A DNA stretch of 64,000 nt, from positions 124,001 to 188,000 of the IMG/VR virus record IMGVR_UViG_3300028536_000014, one strand, 5' to 3'. Shown here piece by piece: positions 1-9,511 of the stretch (the first letter of the stretch is position 1; every line of letters starts with the position of its first letter). The notes under the pieces were generated by a model, which saw only the letters and a list, made by a program, of their open reading frames with translations, made no database searches and was not told the DNA's origin. The position numbers and the translations under genes were made by a program.

Positions 1-243
1 GAATTGAGGAATATAGTCTGTTGTATTATCTTTACTTAAATGTTCTATTGCCTCAGCTGGAGGAAGATTAAGCATTCTGATAAGATCGCTCATAACAACA
101 CGATATACAATGTCAGCAACTGAATCAAAATTGACTTTTTCATCAGTAATCTTACGAACATAGTCACCAATGCTATCGTAAAATCGAATAGATTCAACTC
201 CCAAGTCAAGGACAATTATTAATCCACCTTCTTGAAGTTCCAT
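1..243 (-). CDS. hypothetical protein, runs off the window edge
   Basis: ATG at 243 preceded by GGAG; 81 open codons (MELQEGGLIIVLDLG...) to position 1; not in the ORF track. Confidence 0.75.
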   Translation of the reverse strand, partial: MELQEGGLIIVLDLGVESIRFYDSIGDYVRKITDEKVNFDSVADIVYRVVMSDLIRMLNLPPAEAIEHLSKDNTTDYIPQF

Positions 244-244
244 T

Positions 245-763
245 TTAATTATCTCCCAAAATAAAGGTTTTACCCATTGGAAGAATGTCTTTTTCAAGAC
301 ATAGACAAATTGAAATAGGATCAACCCATTTATAGAAAACATAATGACCAGAGCAAAAATAGTCTGGTGACTTACGTGCGATCTCGAGTTCCAATTCTTG
401 TGTGAGACCTTCAAAGAAGATGAAAAGGCTATCAATATCGATTTTTTCCATCATCGATCCCATTCGCTCTTCGACATAAAACAATAAGCGATCAGTAAGT
501 CCTGGAATTTCTGCATTCTTAATACTGACTGATAACAACATTTCTATCATGTCGTGTAACGGAAACACCTGATAAAGTCTTACCATGTTATTGAAACGCA
601 TATATCGACCTATCGTACTCGATACATCCGTAATCATAAATGGTTGAATAATCGATGGTGTATCTGGAAATGGTGGGGTACTATAATCTATATACTCAAT
701 GAAATTGGTTCGTTCAGTTGGAGGGTATAGATGCTTATAGATTGCAGAACGTTCTTGTACCAT
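245..763 (-). CDS. hypothetical protein
   Basis: 172-aa ORF tightly packed in the minus-strand run downstream of phuZ. Confidence 0.75.
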   Translation of the reverse strand: MVQERSAIYKHLYPPTERTNFIEYIDYSTPPFPDTPSIIQPFMITDVSSTIGRYMRFNNMVRLYQVFPLHDMIEMLLSVSIKNAEIPGLTDRLLFYVEERMGSMMEKIDIDSLFIFFEGLTQELELEIARKSPDYFCSGHYVFYKWVDPISICLCLEKDILPMGKTFILGDN

Positions 764-772
764 AATGGCTCA

Positions 773-1501
773 TCAGCGTTTTAATTCAATAGGAATGAAA
801 CTTTCCGAGATACCTCCAAGGTCATGATCATAACCATCTGAATTCTTGATCTGACTCATATGCCAATCTACGATTCTGAAATCAAGACCTTTTTCAATTA
901 TAAGTGTAGTTCCCAGTACCCTATAAAAATATAAGTTCCAGGAATCACGTCCTACGAAATCTCTAACTTCAAGGAAGAGTTCATCAAACGCTATTTCATA
1001 ACTCTCTTGATCGAGTAAGTAATGAGATTCTTCTTTAACCAATAAAGGAAGTTGATAGTTATAAGCAGCAACGTTTGTGTGTGGTGATAGTGTATTCAGA
1101 TACCCTACAACTGTTGCGATTGCAACTTCACACCCCTTAACTGGAATGTTTGGATTCGTAATGAAATATGGTTTAACCCGTTCATATTGAGAACGTCTTA
1201 ATCTAAATTTCATCTTCTCATGAAAGAAATCACCACCAGGAAGACGTTTGTCATTAATGAAATCTTTCATAATGTCATCAAATGTAATTTGAATAACACC
1301 TCTCTTTTGAATAAGTGTGTAAACCTCACCCTTTTCAAAAATCGGTTGAATTGAACCTGGCATATAAAGACCTGGTCGAGGATCATTTAAGGCGGCTAAT
1401 AAATTTGGAGCAATACCAACAGCATGAGGAATGAGATCGATAATCTTACATTCCACAATCTCATTATAAAGATCCATAATGCTGGTATATATTTTACTCA
1501 T
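773..1501 (-). CDS. hypothetical protein
   Basis: 242-aa ORF; ATGA overlap with the upstream gene. Confidence 0.8.
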   Translation of the reverse strand: MSKIYTSIMDLYNEIVECKIIDLIPHAVGIAPNLLAALNDPRPGLYMPGSIQPIFEKGEVYTLIQKRGVIQITFDDIMKDFINDKRLPGGDFFHEKMKFRLRRSQYERVKPYFITNPNIPVKGCEVAIATVVGYLNTLSPHTNVAAYNYQLPLLVKEESHYLLDQESYEIAFDELFLEVRDFVGRDSWNLYFYRVLGTTLIIEKGLDFRIVDWHMSQIKNSDGYDHDLGGISESFIPIELKR

Positions 1502-1938
1502 TTCTCATGATCCTGCTTTTGAATAACATCTGGACTGAAAACTAACGTTTCTCTCAAATTTCCATCACTGTCTATAAATGGTAAATCCAAATCAGACGAT
1601 GTAGTTTTTACTATCATTTTAAATCCCGGTTCATTTAAATTACCTATGAAGGAGATTTCATCTACTGGAGGTGGAGAAGTTAGTTTGGATATTGCATCAG
1701 TTGTTAAGGCATTATTTTCTTCTTCGAGAGTTTCTATCCATGAATGGATATCTTTCATTGCAAATGTTTGTATTTCGTATTTAGCTATATCGAAAGCAAC
1801 AAGAAACCATTGCGGTTTAGTATGATATTCCGTTGTTCCGTGGAAAATACTCATCGGTATAACAGAGCGTTTATGTCTTTCACTTTTATAGTCAGTATAG
1901 TCGATGACTATTTTTTTAATTACGTCTGTATTACTCAT
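1498..1938 (-). CDS. stand-alone WYL-domain protein
   Basis: IDYTDYKSERHKRSVIP...QWFLVAFD...QTFAMKDI matches the WYL pattern (Y..R.V.P..W.L.A.D..F); AAGGAG SD. Confidence 0.7.
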   Translation of the reverse strand: MSNTDVIKKIVIDYTDYKSERHKRSVIPMSIFHGTTEYHTKPQWFLVAFDIAKYEIQTFAMKDIHSWIETLEEENNALTTDAISKLTSPPPVDEISFIGNLNEPGFKMIVKTTSSDLDLPFIDSDGNLRETLVFSPDVIQKQDHEK

Positions 1939-1946
1939 ATAGCTCC

Positions 1947-2318
1947 TTAAAATTCGAACAACATTCCAACAACAAGAATATTTCCAACCGTCATCATCTT
2001 TAGATGACGTAATGATCTTGGACGTTTCTCCAATCTTAGCTGTTCAACCAATAAACCGATATAATGTTCAATATCAGGAAATTGAGTATATAAGAATTTC
2101 CCTATATCACTGTGAAAATGACTAATGACTGGACATCGTAAGATCCGACTAAAACCTTCTCTAACCATCCATTCAAATGCTGTCTCAATGTCTTCAGGCC
2201 AAGCAACATGGCTTTTATTCCACTCTAATAAGAAATTATTAATAAGAGGAACATATTGATTTCTAAGATATTGAAGTTCTATCAAACGAACTTCATAATC
2301 AGAAGTGGCTGTCAACAT
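1947..2318 (-). CDS. hypothetical protein
   Basis: 123-aa ORF in operon context. Confidence 0.7.
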   Translation of the reverse strand: MLTATSDYEVRLIELQYLRNQYVPLINNFLLEWNKSHVAWPEDIETAFEWMVREGFSRILRCPVISHFHSDIGKFLYTQFPDIEHYIGLLVEQLRLEKRPRSLRHLKMMTVGNILVVGMLFEF

Positions 2319-2384
2319 AAATTAGCTCGTATAACCATTTCTCAAACCTCAACTAATGAACGGGTACGAAATAATAAAACCAGA

Positions 2385-2418
2385 AGCTCCTATAGCCTTT
2401 GTAGGGGCTATAGGAGCT
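2385..2418 (-). terminator. stem-loop terminator after phuZ
   Basis: AGCTCCTATAGCC...GGCTATAGGAGCT followed on the minus strand by TCTGGTTTTATT. Confidence 0.75.
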
Positions 2419-2430
2419 ATCAGATATCTC

Positions 2431-3426
2431 TTACAGAATCAAACCATCATTGGTTTTCTTATCACTATTTACTGCGATTGTTTTCATTGAGATTTGACGA
2501 CCTTTTTCTTCATGAGCAGCAAGCTGTTTAGATAAACGAGCTACCACACTTGGAAAGAAACCAGACAGTGTGACAACATGAAGCGGAAGACGATCTTTTG
2601 TCATCTCGATAACTTCTGCATTGGTAACTCCAGTTACCTGGAAATCTACCAGGACATCACCGTGGTCCACTTCGATAGCTTGGTCAATCAATGTCACTGC
2701 ACTGATGGCCAACGTATCCGGATACAACTTGATCGTCTTGCTAAAGAAGTCGAGTGCTGTTAAACGAGGTTCGTAAGACGTAACGCGATTATAATGCAAG
2801 AAGTTCCGAAGATCTGCCGTATCCAATCCATGATTCTTTCCACCGAAGAATGCAGAAAGAAGGTAAATGTAATTTACCAGTTCCGAGTCAACATTTCCAC
2901 GAGGTGTGGTTGATGTGTTTTCACGATATAACACATTGATCGGAGTCTTCAGCATTTCTGAAAGACTTTCGTAAGTCCTCAGAGTGTTTAGTGTATTTTT
3001 GAGATCGATTTTAGAAGAACCGGATCCGATCAGAATAACAACTACGTTATGACCGGCTGCAATCAATTCCTTTGCGATCAGAGGACCCGCAACTGATCCA
3101 GTTCCTCCACCACCGCTATGAATTATGATATTCAGATCCGTCGGTTTGAATTGGTTCAAAATCCGATTGGTTGTTGAGTTTTCGGATAATACTGAATAAT
3201 TGGAACTTCTCAACTTTCCATTACCATCCAATAGTTCGCCGTTGTCGTCCTTATATAGGAACACTCTATCATCCGAAAGATCATCCGGAAGATTGCTTCT
3301 GGATGTATCGATGAAATAGGACTTGATAGAAGCAAACCCGCTTGGTCCATCGTTATGAAACTTAGCGAATTTTCCACCTATGTTTGCGCCAGTACCCCCC
3401 ACACAGTAAAGATTTACAGTATTCAA
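2431..3426 (-). CDS. phuZ: PhuZ phage tubulin
   Basis: CVGGTGANIG, IDTS, tubulin signature SGGGGTGS, LDTAD loop, C-terminal DGLIL; TTG start with AGGAG SD. Confidence 0.93.
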   Translation of the reverse strand: MNTVNLYCVGGTGANIGGKFAKFHNDGPSGFASIKSYFIDTSRSNLPDDLSDDRVFLYKDDNGELLDGNGKLRSSNYSVLSENSTTNRILNQFKPTDLNIIIHSGGGGTGSVAGPLIAKELIAAGHNVVVILIGSGSSKIDLKNTLNTLRTYESLSEMLKTPINVLYRENTSTTPRGNVDSELVNYIYLLSAFFGGKNHGLDTADLRNFLHYNRVTSYEPRLTALDFFSKTIKLYPDTLAISAVTLIDQAIEVDHGDVLVDFQVTGVTNAEVIEMTKDRLPLHVVTLSGFFPSVVARLSKQLAAHEEKGRQISMKTIAVNSDKKTNDGLIL

Positions 3427-3474
3427 AATTCACTCCTAGCTAAGAAAGGTAAAACATCCGAGAGGTCGACATCT

Positions 3475-3503
3475 CTCATATAGAGTATATCTGGTCAAAA
3501 AAT
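3475..3503 (-). promoter_or_regulatory. putative phage (early-type) promoter
   Basis: CAGATATACTCTATATGAG; 18/19 identical to the copy at 21504-21522. Confidence 0.65.
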
Positions 3504-3820
3504 CATTATAAATTGTTCTTACTTTAATTTCCTTATTATTGTAATAAGAATGATAGGAAGATATGATTCTTAGCGAATCATATCTGTAATGACTTTATAC
3601 ATTGCTCCGATAGGAAAATGTTATTTAATGTATATAAAATGGAGGAGGAGGGAAATATGACGTCCACCTATATTTTCCACCTTTATTGATAGGTGGAAAG
3701 TTAGGCAATACTCACACTATTATTGGTGATCAATTGAAAAATACTAGATATTATATTTTAAAACCTATATCACAATAGGGATTAGATGATACCACATCAA
3801 TCATTAATAGGATAATACCC

Positions 3821-4360
3821 ATGAGTATTTTCATGATCAGTCAGAAAGATGAACCGGTTGTAGAAAAACCAGTTACATCAAAAGAGACTCCTGATCTTGA
3901 AACACAGGAAAATAAAGAAGTTACTCCAGCTCCTGATATGGAATATCTTACCATGAAGGAGATTGATGAAAACACAATTGTGTTAGATGGACCTTTAAGT
4001 CAAGTCTATACTGATGCGCTAAATAAGGCATATGCTCGTGAGAGTTATATTACTGAAATAGCAGCCATAAAAGATTCTGCCGATGATCAAACAGAAAAAG
4101 AAGAAGAAAATCCTGCCATTGGTAATTATATTTACCTTGTTGATGGTAAATATTTAGAAGGTGATGAATACGTCAATGTTTTTAACAATCTTCAAGTTGC
4201 AACAGAAATGTGGGCAAATGTTTATGTTTGTATTGAACATCATGGTAACATTACAAATCGTGTTGCTGAATTCAGACAGATCTGTCGAGAGATGAAAGCG
4301 ATTGTTATGGATTCACGTGAAGAAGGTCTAGAGTTCATTCGTTCTAAAATGAAGGGGTAA
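3821..4360 (+). CDS. putative virion protein (phiKZ gp33-like)
   Basis: LDGPLSQVYTDALNKAYA motif recalled from phiKZ-like virion proteins; acidic N-terminus. Confidence 0.55.
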   Translation: MSIFMISQKDEPVVEKPVTSKETPDLETQENKEVTPAPDMEYLTMKEIDENTIVLDGPLSQVYTDALNKAYARESYITEIAAIKDSADDQTEKEEENPAIGNYIYLVDGKYLEGDEYVNVFNNLQVATEMWANVYVCIEHHGNITNRVAEFRQICREMKAIVMDSREEGLEFIRSKMKG

Positions 4361-4362
4361 TA

Positions 4363-5649
4363 ATGACTTCTGTTACCGCGTTAGTTCGAACGATTGAAGG
4401 TCCTCAGTTTGCTTTAGAAGCAAAAGCAGGACTTTCAGTTATTGAAGTATTAGATACCTTTTTCAAATCTATACCGATTACAAAAGCATTGGCTAAGAAA
4501 GTTTACCAATTTCAAATCGGTTATATTAACACATCTAGAGATTATGTTGAGTTTTTTGGTTCTAATCTTTTAGGTGTTCATGTCATTCGGTTTAGAGAAG
4601 TGGACGTTCTTCGTTTCTTTAATGAAGTTTTAGAAATCGAATATGACGATCTAGAAGCTCAGATTCGTGAAACTGACATTATCAATCATACATTCAAAAT
4701 TAGTGGTGATATCTTTAATCTAACTCTGATTTATCTCGTTCATCGTTTTCTTTCAGAAAAAACATTAGACGAACGAGATAAACATTGGGGTGCTTATAAC
4801 ACAGGGTTGGTCTTTTTCTATCGAGCGATGGCAGCGATGTTATCGGCTTGGTTTACCTATCCGGCAGATCCCAAAATTGCACAAGCTGCTTATGCTAACT
4901 TAAGTTATAAATTCCTAATTAAGAAATTAGGAAGTTGGCATAAGGTTATGGATTATCGTTCTAGTGAGCTTATTTCAAAATCTGGTGTTCAATATCAAAA
5001 GTTATTTAAAATGAATAACGATCTTGATTTAGTTGATGTCATTAATGATGGTGCAAACTCTATCAAGGATATGCTCAAGAACTATTATGCAGAATTTGCA
5101 AAAGTTCATGCTCAAGGTGATAAGATTGGTGTCACTAAAATCACCGGATTTGATTTAGAAGGTGAAGAAGTTGTCCGTGATAACATTCGCAATATTGATA
5201 GAAGTATTGCGCAGGGTAAAAAGTATTTATCGGATCCAACAGCATTTGTTCGAGACGATTTAATTCGAGTTATCTCAGATATTAATCGGAACACCTCTCC
5301 AAGACTTCTTAAAGAAACACTCGTTTGGATATCAGGTCATGCTAATGCAAAGGAATATAAACTAATTGATGAAGCTGTTACAAAAATAATTATCTATTCG
5401 TTTTTCCTTATTAATACTAGAATCGAATCATCACATCTTAACGATGTGGGGTATATCCTGGTTCAACTTAAGAATCTTTATTTAAGTTCTCGAAGTACAG
5501 ATGACGATTTAATCAAGATTCGTGATCTGACAGATCGTATCATTAATAAAGCCCATCAAGATTTATCCTCACCTCTTTTGTTGGCAACTCGTACAGCTAC
5601 GATTTTATACATTACCTTTAGAGTCTTAGTAGGACAAAGGAGTTCTTAA
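4363..5649 (+). CDS. conserved virion structural protein (phiKZ gp32-like)
   Basis: 428 aa; FFGSNLLGVH, KFLIKKLGSW and YLSSRS motifs; N-terminal ALE candidate processing site. Confidence 0.65.
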   Translation: MTSVTALVRTIEGPQFALEAKAGLSVIEVLDTFFKSIPITKALAKKVYQFQIGYINTSRDYVEFFGSNLLGVHVIRFREVDVLRFFNEVLEIEYDDLEAQIRETDIINHTFKISGDIFNLTLIYLVHRFLSEKTLDERDKHWGAYNTGLVFFYRAMAAMLSAWFTYPADPKIAQAAYANLSYKFLIKKLGSWHKVMDYRSSELISKSGVQYQKLFKMNNDLDLVDVINDGANSIKDMLKNYYAEFAKVHAQGDKIGVTKITGFDLEGEEVVRDNIRNIDRSIAQGKKYLSDPTAFVRDDLIRVISDINRNTSPRLLKETLVWISGHANAKEYKLIDEAVTKIIIYSFFLINTRIESSHLNDVGYILVQLKNLYLSSRSTDDDLIKIRDLTDRIINKAHQDLSSPLLLATRTATILYITFRVLVGQRSS

Positions 5650-6189
5650 ATGAAAATGATATTGAACCGAATCCTCTTTAAAATATATGTTTTTTTTATT
5701 GGGTTTCGATTCTATCACACATCTATAGATAATAGTAGTACGATCTATAACAATCTGACTATTAACTTTAATGAGGGGAAACCTTTAGTTTTTAACTTCT
5801 ATAGAACCATGGTAGATAGAAATTATTATCGATTTGGAAAAATGAAGATGAGTCAAGTTCCTTTATATGGAATTGGTACTCAATTTGCTAATCCAGACTT
5901 CCCTGAACTCACAGATAACTATAACAATAGAGTGATGTCATTTTACATTCCTTATTTCAAATTGTTGTCAGAAGACAGTTTATCTCGCTATATTCTTGAA
6001 CTTTATATCGATTATATTTCTAAACAGATTAAGAGTAGTGAACTTCCTATTGGTCGTAGACAAGGTACTAATGCCGATTATAAAGGACCTGAACGTCGAC
6101 GTTCAAATTCAAATAACGAACGTCATATCACCATTATAACAAGTGATAGTCATTCTAAAGAGTTTGACACGATCGAAAAAGAAACGTAA
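5650..6189 (+). CDS. hypothetical protein with a YxGPERR motif
   Basis: 179 aa; hydrophobic N-terminus; GRR...YKGPERRR near the C-terminus. Confidence 0.65.
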   Translation: MKMILNRILFKIYVFFIGFRFYHTSIDNSSTIYNNLTINFNEGKPLVFNFYRTMVDRNYYRFGKMKMSQVPLYGIGTQFANPDFPELTDNYNNRVMSFYIPYFKLLSEDSLSRYILELYIDYISKQIKSSELPIGRRQGTNADYKGPERRRSNSNNERHITIITSDSHSKEFDTIEKET

Positions 6190-6201
6190 CTCAACGTATT
6201 C

Positions 6202-6240
6202 ATAGATCACTACACTCGTACAACGAGTGTAGTGATCTAT
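6202..6240. terminator. long intergenic hairpin
   Basis: 18-bp perfect stem ATAGATCACTACACTCGT, loop ACA. Confidence 0.7.
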
Positions 6241-6302
6241 ATGTTTCTATATTTATCCTAGAGATTATTTAGGTATCTGAATACCAAACAGGAAATGAAT
6301 TC

Positions 6303-6629
6303 ATGTCGACCAAACCTTATGTGATTTCCCGTAGAAATGCTCCTGGGAAATATTTAGTAATCAATATTTCTAAGTTCGTTGTTGTTCCAACAACGATCGA
6401 AGAACTTATCGATAAACTAGTTCAGCATCCTGAAGCGGTTGAATTTGATTGTGGTATTGGACAACAAAATGAAGCCTTTGTTATAAAGCTTAAGGACATT
6501 CATTCTCGAGCTGCTTTAATGGGCTACGCAATCAGTGCTAAGGAAGATGAGCCTGGTTATGCACAACAAGTTAAGGAATTGGCTGAACGTTCTGGTATTT
6601 ATAGCCGTTATTGTAAGACGCCTGATTAA
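6303..6629 (+). CDS. hypothetical protein translationally coupled to terminase
   Basis: 108 aa; TAATG overlap with the terminase start. Confidence 0.75.
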   Translation: MSTKPYVISRRNAPGKYLVINISKFVVVPTTIEELIDKLVQHPEAVEFDCGIGQQNEAFVIKLKDIHSRAALMGYAISAKEDEPGYAQQVKELAERSGIYSRYCKTPD

Positions 6630-9196
6630 TGTTACTTTTTGAAAAAGATTGGAATGAACTTTATCCAACAGCGATAGTTCATTACGATTGTCCGAACAAA
6701 AGCTTTCTTCATTATGCCCAGTTACTTAAAGCGATGGGTATAAAGAACTGGGCATGGTGTCTTGCTTTAATTCATTCGGAATTAAGACATGTCGATCCGT
6801 TTAATCCAAATCTTACGTTGGATCAACAACTTCTGATTACTCTGGAGTGCAAACTAAATCCTTGGTATTATTTTCGCTCTGTAGCAAGAGCTATTGGAAG
6901 TACGTCAGATACACCTATTTATTTTAACGCTAATCGTTCTAACATGGCGTTGTATTGGTTATTTTTTAATCACATTACAGTTTGTTTACTTCAACCAAGA
7001 CAGACGGGTAAAACATTTGGTTCAACATCTTTAGATACTTATCTTTTAAATATCGCAAGTACGGGTGGTCGAACACTACTTCTAACTAAAGATGAACAAC
7101 TTAGAGCTAAGACATTAAGTGAAATTAAAACGATTGAAGAATTATTACCGTTTTATCTTCGTCAACATAATAAACACGACATAGGAAATCGTGAAGAAAT
7201 AAATGTTTCTTCATTAGACAACAATTATAAAGCGTTAATTGCTAGAAACGATCCTATTGCAGCAGATAAAACAGGTAAAGGTCATACTGTAGAAAACGTT
7301 CGAGTTGATGAATTCGCATTCCTGTTTTATATTAGCATTGCTTTATCGTCATTACTACCTGTAACAACAGCTGCACGTAAGACCGCTGAAATAGTAGGTA
7401 AACCCTACGGTAATATTTTCATGACAACGGCTGGTAAAAAAGACGATAGAGATGGCGCTTTTGCTTTTAATTATTTCAATTCTGGTGCGCCGTGGACAGA
7501 GTTTCTATTTGATTGTGCGAACATAGAAGAACTTAGAAATGTTATTAAAAGTTCATCTAGAGATGGTAATATTCATCGTGTTCATTGTGTTTTTAATCAC
7601 CGTCAATTAGGATATACTGATGAATGGCTTCGAAATGTTGCTGCTGAGAATAGCTCTTACGGAGAAGCATTCGAACGTGATTATCTTAATATCTGGACAT
7701 CAGGTAGTCAAAATAGTCCGTTGACTGTTGAGGAATCAAAGAAGGTTAGAGATTCTCAAACAGAAATTAAATACGCTGAGATATCTAAATACGGTCAAAT
7801 CGTTCTTCGTTGGTATATCAGAGAAGAAGAAATTAAACGTGTAATGTTAAACGAATATACCGTGGCTGCAGTAGATACAAGTGACGGTATGGGTAAGGAC
7901 GAGATCGCACTGAATATTCGTCACCTTAAGACAGGTGAAATTCTTGCAGTTTGTGGGATTAATGAAATCAATCTCATTACCGTTTCGAATTTCTTTGTTG
8001 AACTTCTAAAGATTTATCCTAAATTAACAATGATTATTGAGCGTCGTAATCAAGCAGCTAGTATTGTTGATTACATGCATAAACAACTAATTGCTGTTGG
8101 GATAGATCCATTTAGACGACTCTTCAATATGGTTGTTCAGGAGCATATGGAATATCCTGAACGTTATGCCGAAATACAAGAACGAAGAAATATCGGTAAT
8201 GAGAATTTCCTTGCTCAGTATAAAAAATATTTTGGGTTCACGACATCAGGAGGAGGTACTACTTCTCGTTCTGAACTCTACGGAACAACATTTCGTGCAG
8301 CAGTGAAATATACAGGCGATCTAATTAAAGATAAACCCACTATCGATCAGCTTCTTGCACTTATTATTAAGAATGGACGAGTAGATCATCCAACAGGTGG
8401 TCATGATGATCTTTGTTTCGTTGGTTCTACCCTAGTAAGAACTATAAAGGGTAATATACCGATTTCTGAATTAAAGATAGGAGATCTAGTATTAACTAGA
8501 GAAGGTTACAAACCTATACTCTACATTTATAATAGAGAAAAAGAAGTTATTAGTAAGTTTGGTTTAACAGGAACAGCCAACCATCCTTTCATTACCCCAA
8601 ACGGAGAAATACCGTTTGAAGATCTTACATTAGAGAGTGTTGTGTACACATGGCACGAGAATCTATCGAGTATAGCGGAAAAACGTATCATAGATATCTT
8701 GAATCATAAAGACTACACATCCAAAGATATTACTCAAGAAATAAAGCTGATGAAGTCAGAAGGAAGAAAAGAGAAAGTTTACAATCTATTAGTGGCTGAT
8801 TGTCATGAATATTTTGTTAATGATATTCTAGTTCATAACTGCGTTTCATGGTTATTGAGTTATTGGTTCATGTCTCAAGGAAAAAATCTCCAGTATTATG
8901 GAATTCCTTCTAACTATGTTTTGTCTCAAAATCAAGTTATTCATTCTCATGCTAATAGAGAAGAGATGTATCAGCTTGAACTTTCTCGTCGTGCAAAAGA
9001 ACACATCGAAAAACTTATAGAAGCTATTCGTAAAGAGCGAGATCCTAATGTATCTGAACGTCTTGTGTATGAAATAGAAAGTGTTAAAAGACTTTTAGGT
9101 GATCAACATGAGGTATCGCTATCAGTCGATGCAATGTTAAGTGAAATCAAGAAACAAAAGATACTAAAGTATTCGGTAAAACGATCACTCTATTGA
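6629..9196 (+). CDS. terL: terminase large subunit (phiKZ gp25-like), intein-containing
   Basis: Walker A QPRQTGKT, Walker B VRVDE, TTAG coupling motif, nuclease VDTSD/IIERR/HDD; 713 aa after intein removal. Confidence 0.93.
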   Translation: MLLFEKDWNELYPTAIVHYDCPNKSFLHYAQLLKAMGIKNWAWCLALIHSELRHVDPFNPNLTLDQQLLITLECKLNPWYYFRSVARAIGSTSDTPIYFNANRSNMALYWLFFNHITVCLLQPRQTGKTFGSTSLDTYLLNIASTGGRTLLLTKDEQLRAKTLSEIKTIEELLPFYLRQHNKHDIGNREEINVSSLDNNYKALIARNDPIAADKTGKGHTVENVRVDEFAFLFYISIALSSLLPVTTAARKTAEIVGKPYGNIFMTTAGKKDDRDGAFAFNYFNSGAPWTEFLFDCANIEELRNVIKSSSRDGNIHRVHCVFNHRQLGYTDEWLRNVAAENSSYGEAFERDYLNIWTSGSQNSPLTVEESKKVRDSQTEIKYAEISKYGQIVLRWYIREEEIKRVMLNEYTVAAVDTSDGMGKDEIALNIRHLKTGEILAVCGINEINLITVSNFFVELLKIYPKLTMIIERRNQAASIVDYMHKQLIAVGIDPFRRLFNMVVQEHMEYPERYAEIQERRNIGNENFLAQYKKYFGFTTSGGGTTSRSELYGTTFRAAVKYTGDLIKDKPTIDQLLALIIKNGRVDHPTGGHDDLCFVGSTLVRTIKGNIPISELKIGDLVLTREGYKPILYIYNREKEVISKFGLTGTANHPFITPNGEIPFEDLTLESVVYTWHENLSSIAEKRIIDILNHKDYTSKDITQEIKLMKSEGRKEKVYNLLVADCHEYFVNDILVHNCVSWLLSYWFMSQGKNLQYYGIPSNYVLSQNQVIHSHANREEMYQLELSRRAKEHIEKLIEAIRKERDPNVSERLVYEIESVKRLLGDQHEVSLSVDAMLSEIKKQKILKYSVKRSLY
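8414..8839 (+). mobile_element. mini-intein (142 aa) in terminase
   Basis: HDDL|CFVGSTLV...TANHPF...VYNLLVADCHEYFVNDILVHN|C: blocks A, B, F and G, with +1 Cys. Confidence 0.95.
8650..8799 (+). pseudogene. possible decayed out-of-frame endonuclease remnant inside the intein
   Basis: Alternative frame reads MARESIEYSGKTYHRYLES*RLHIQRYYSRNKADEVRRKKRESLQSISG*. Confidence 0.45.
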
Positions 9197-9204
9197 ACAA
9201 CAAA

Positions 9205-9236
9205 GATAACCAGTACCTTATCAGGTACTGGTTATC
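9205..9236. terminator. hairpin between convergent genes
   Basis: 14-bp stem GATAACCAGTACCT, loop TATC. Confidence 0.7.
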
Positions 9237-9511
9237 GATGTCTTTATTCTTTTTTTGAACAAACTCTTCTTGAAAAACATCAATATGATTAGTAAAATAA
9301 ACACAAGTGGGTAGACAAACATTAACTCACTTCGAACATAGTAAACTTTACTTAATTGATCTTTTGTAAAGCCACAACTTTTTAAAGTATACCAAGCAAA
9401 AAGAAAGTTGGGTTTGTACAACATGTAACCAATCGCAAGATATAAAAAGGTATAGGCAATTCCTTTTGCGTAGAACATTTCGATACAAAGATAGTGATTT
9501 TCTATTTTCAT
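9221..9511 (-). CDS. small membrane protein
   Basis: Start reassigned to ATG 9511 (AAGGA SD) because the track's 5' extension overlaps the 9606-9857 gene; two hydrophobic segments. Confidence 0.5.
   Translation of the reverse strand: MKIENHYLCIEMFYAKGIAYTFLYLAIGYMLYKPNFLFAWYTLKSCGFTKDQLSKVYYVRSELMFVYPLVFILLIILMFFKKSLFKKRIKTSITST

Noticed and set aside
6303-6629. Small terminase subunit
   Set aside because: Position is suggestive, but there is no sequence feature I can tie to TerS.
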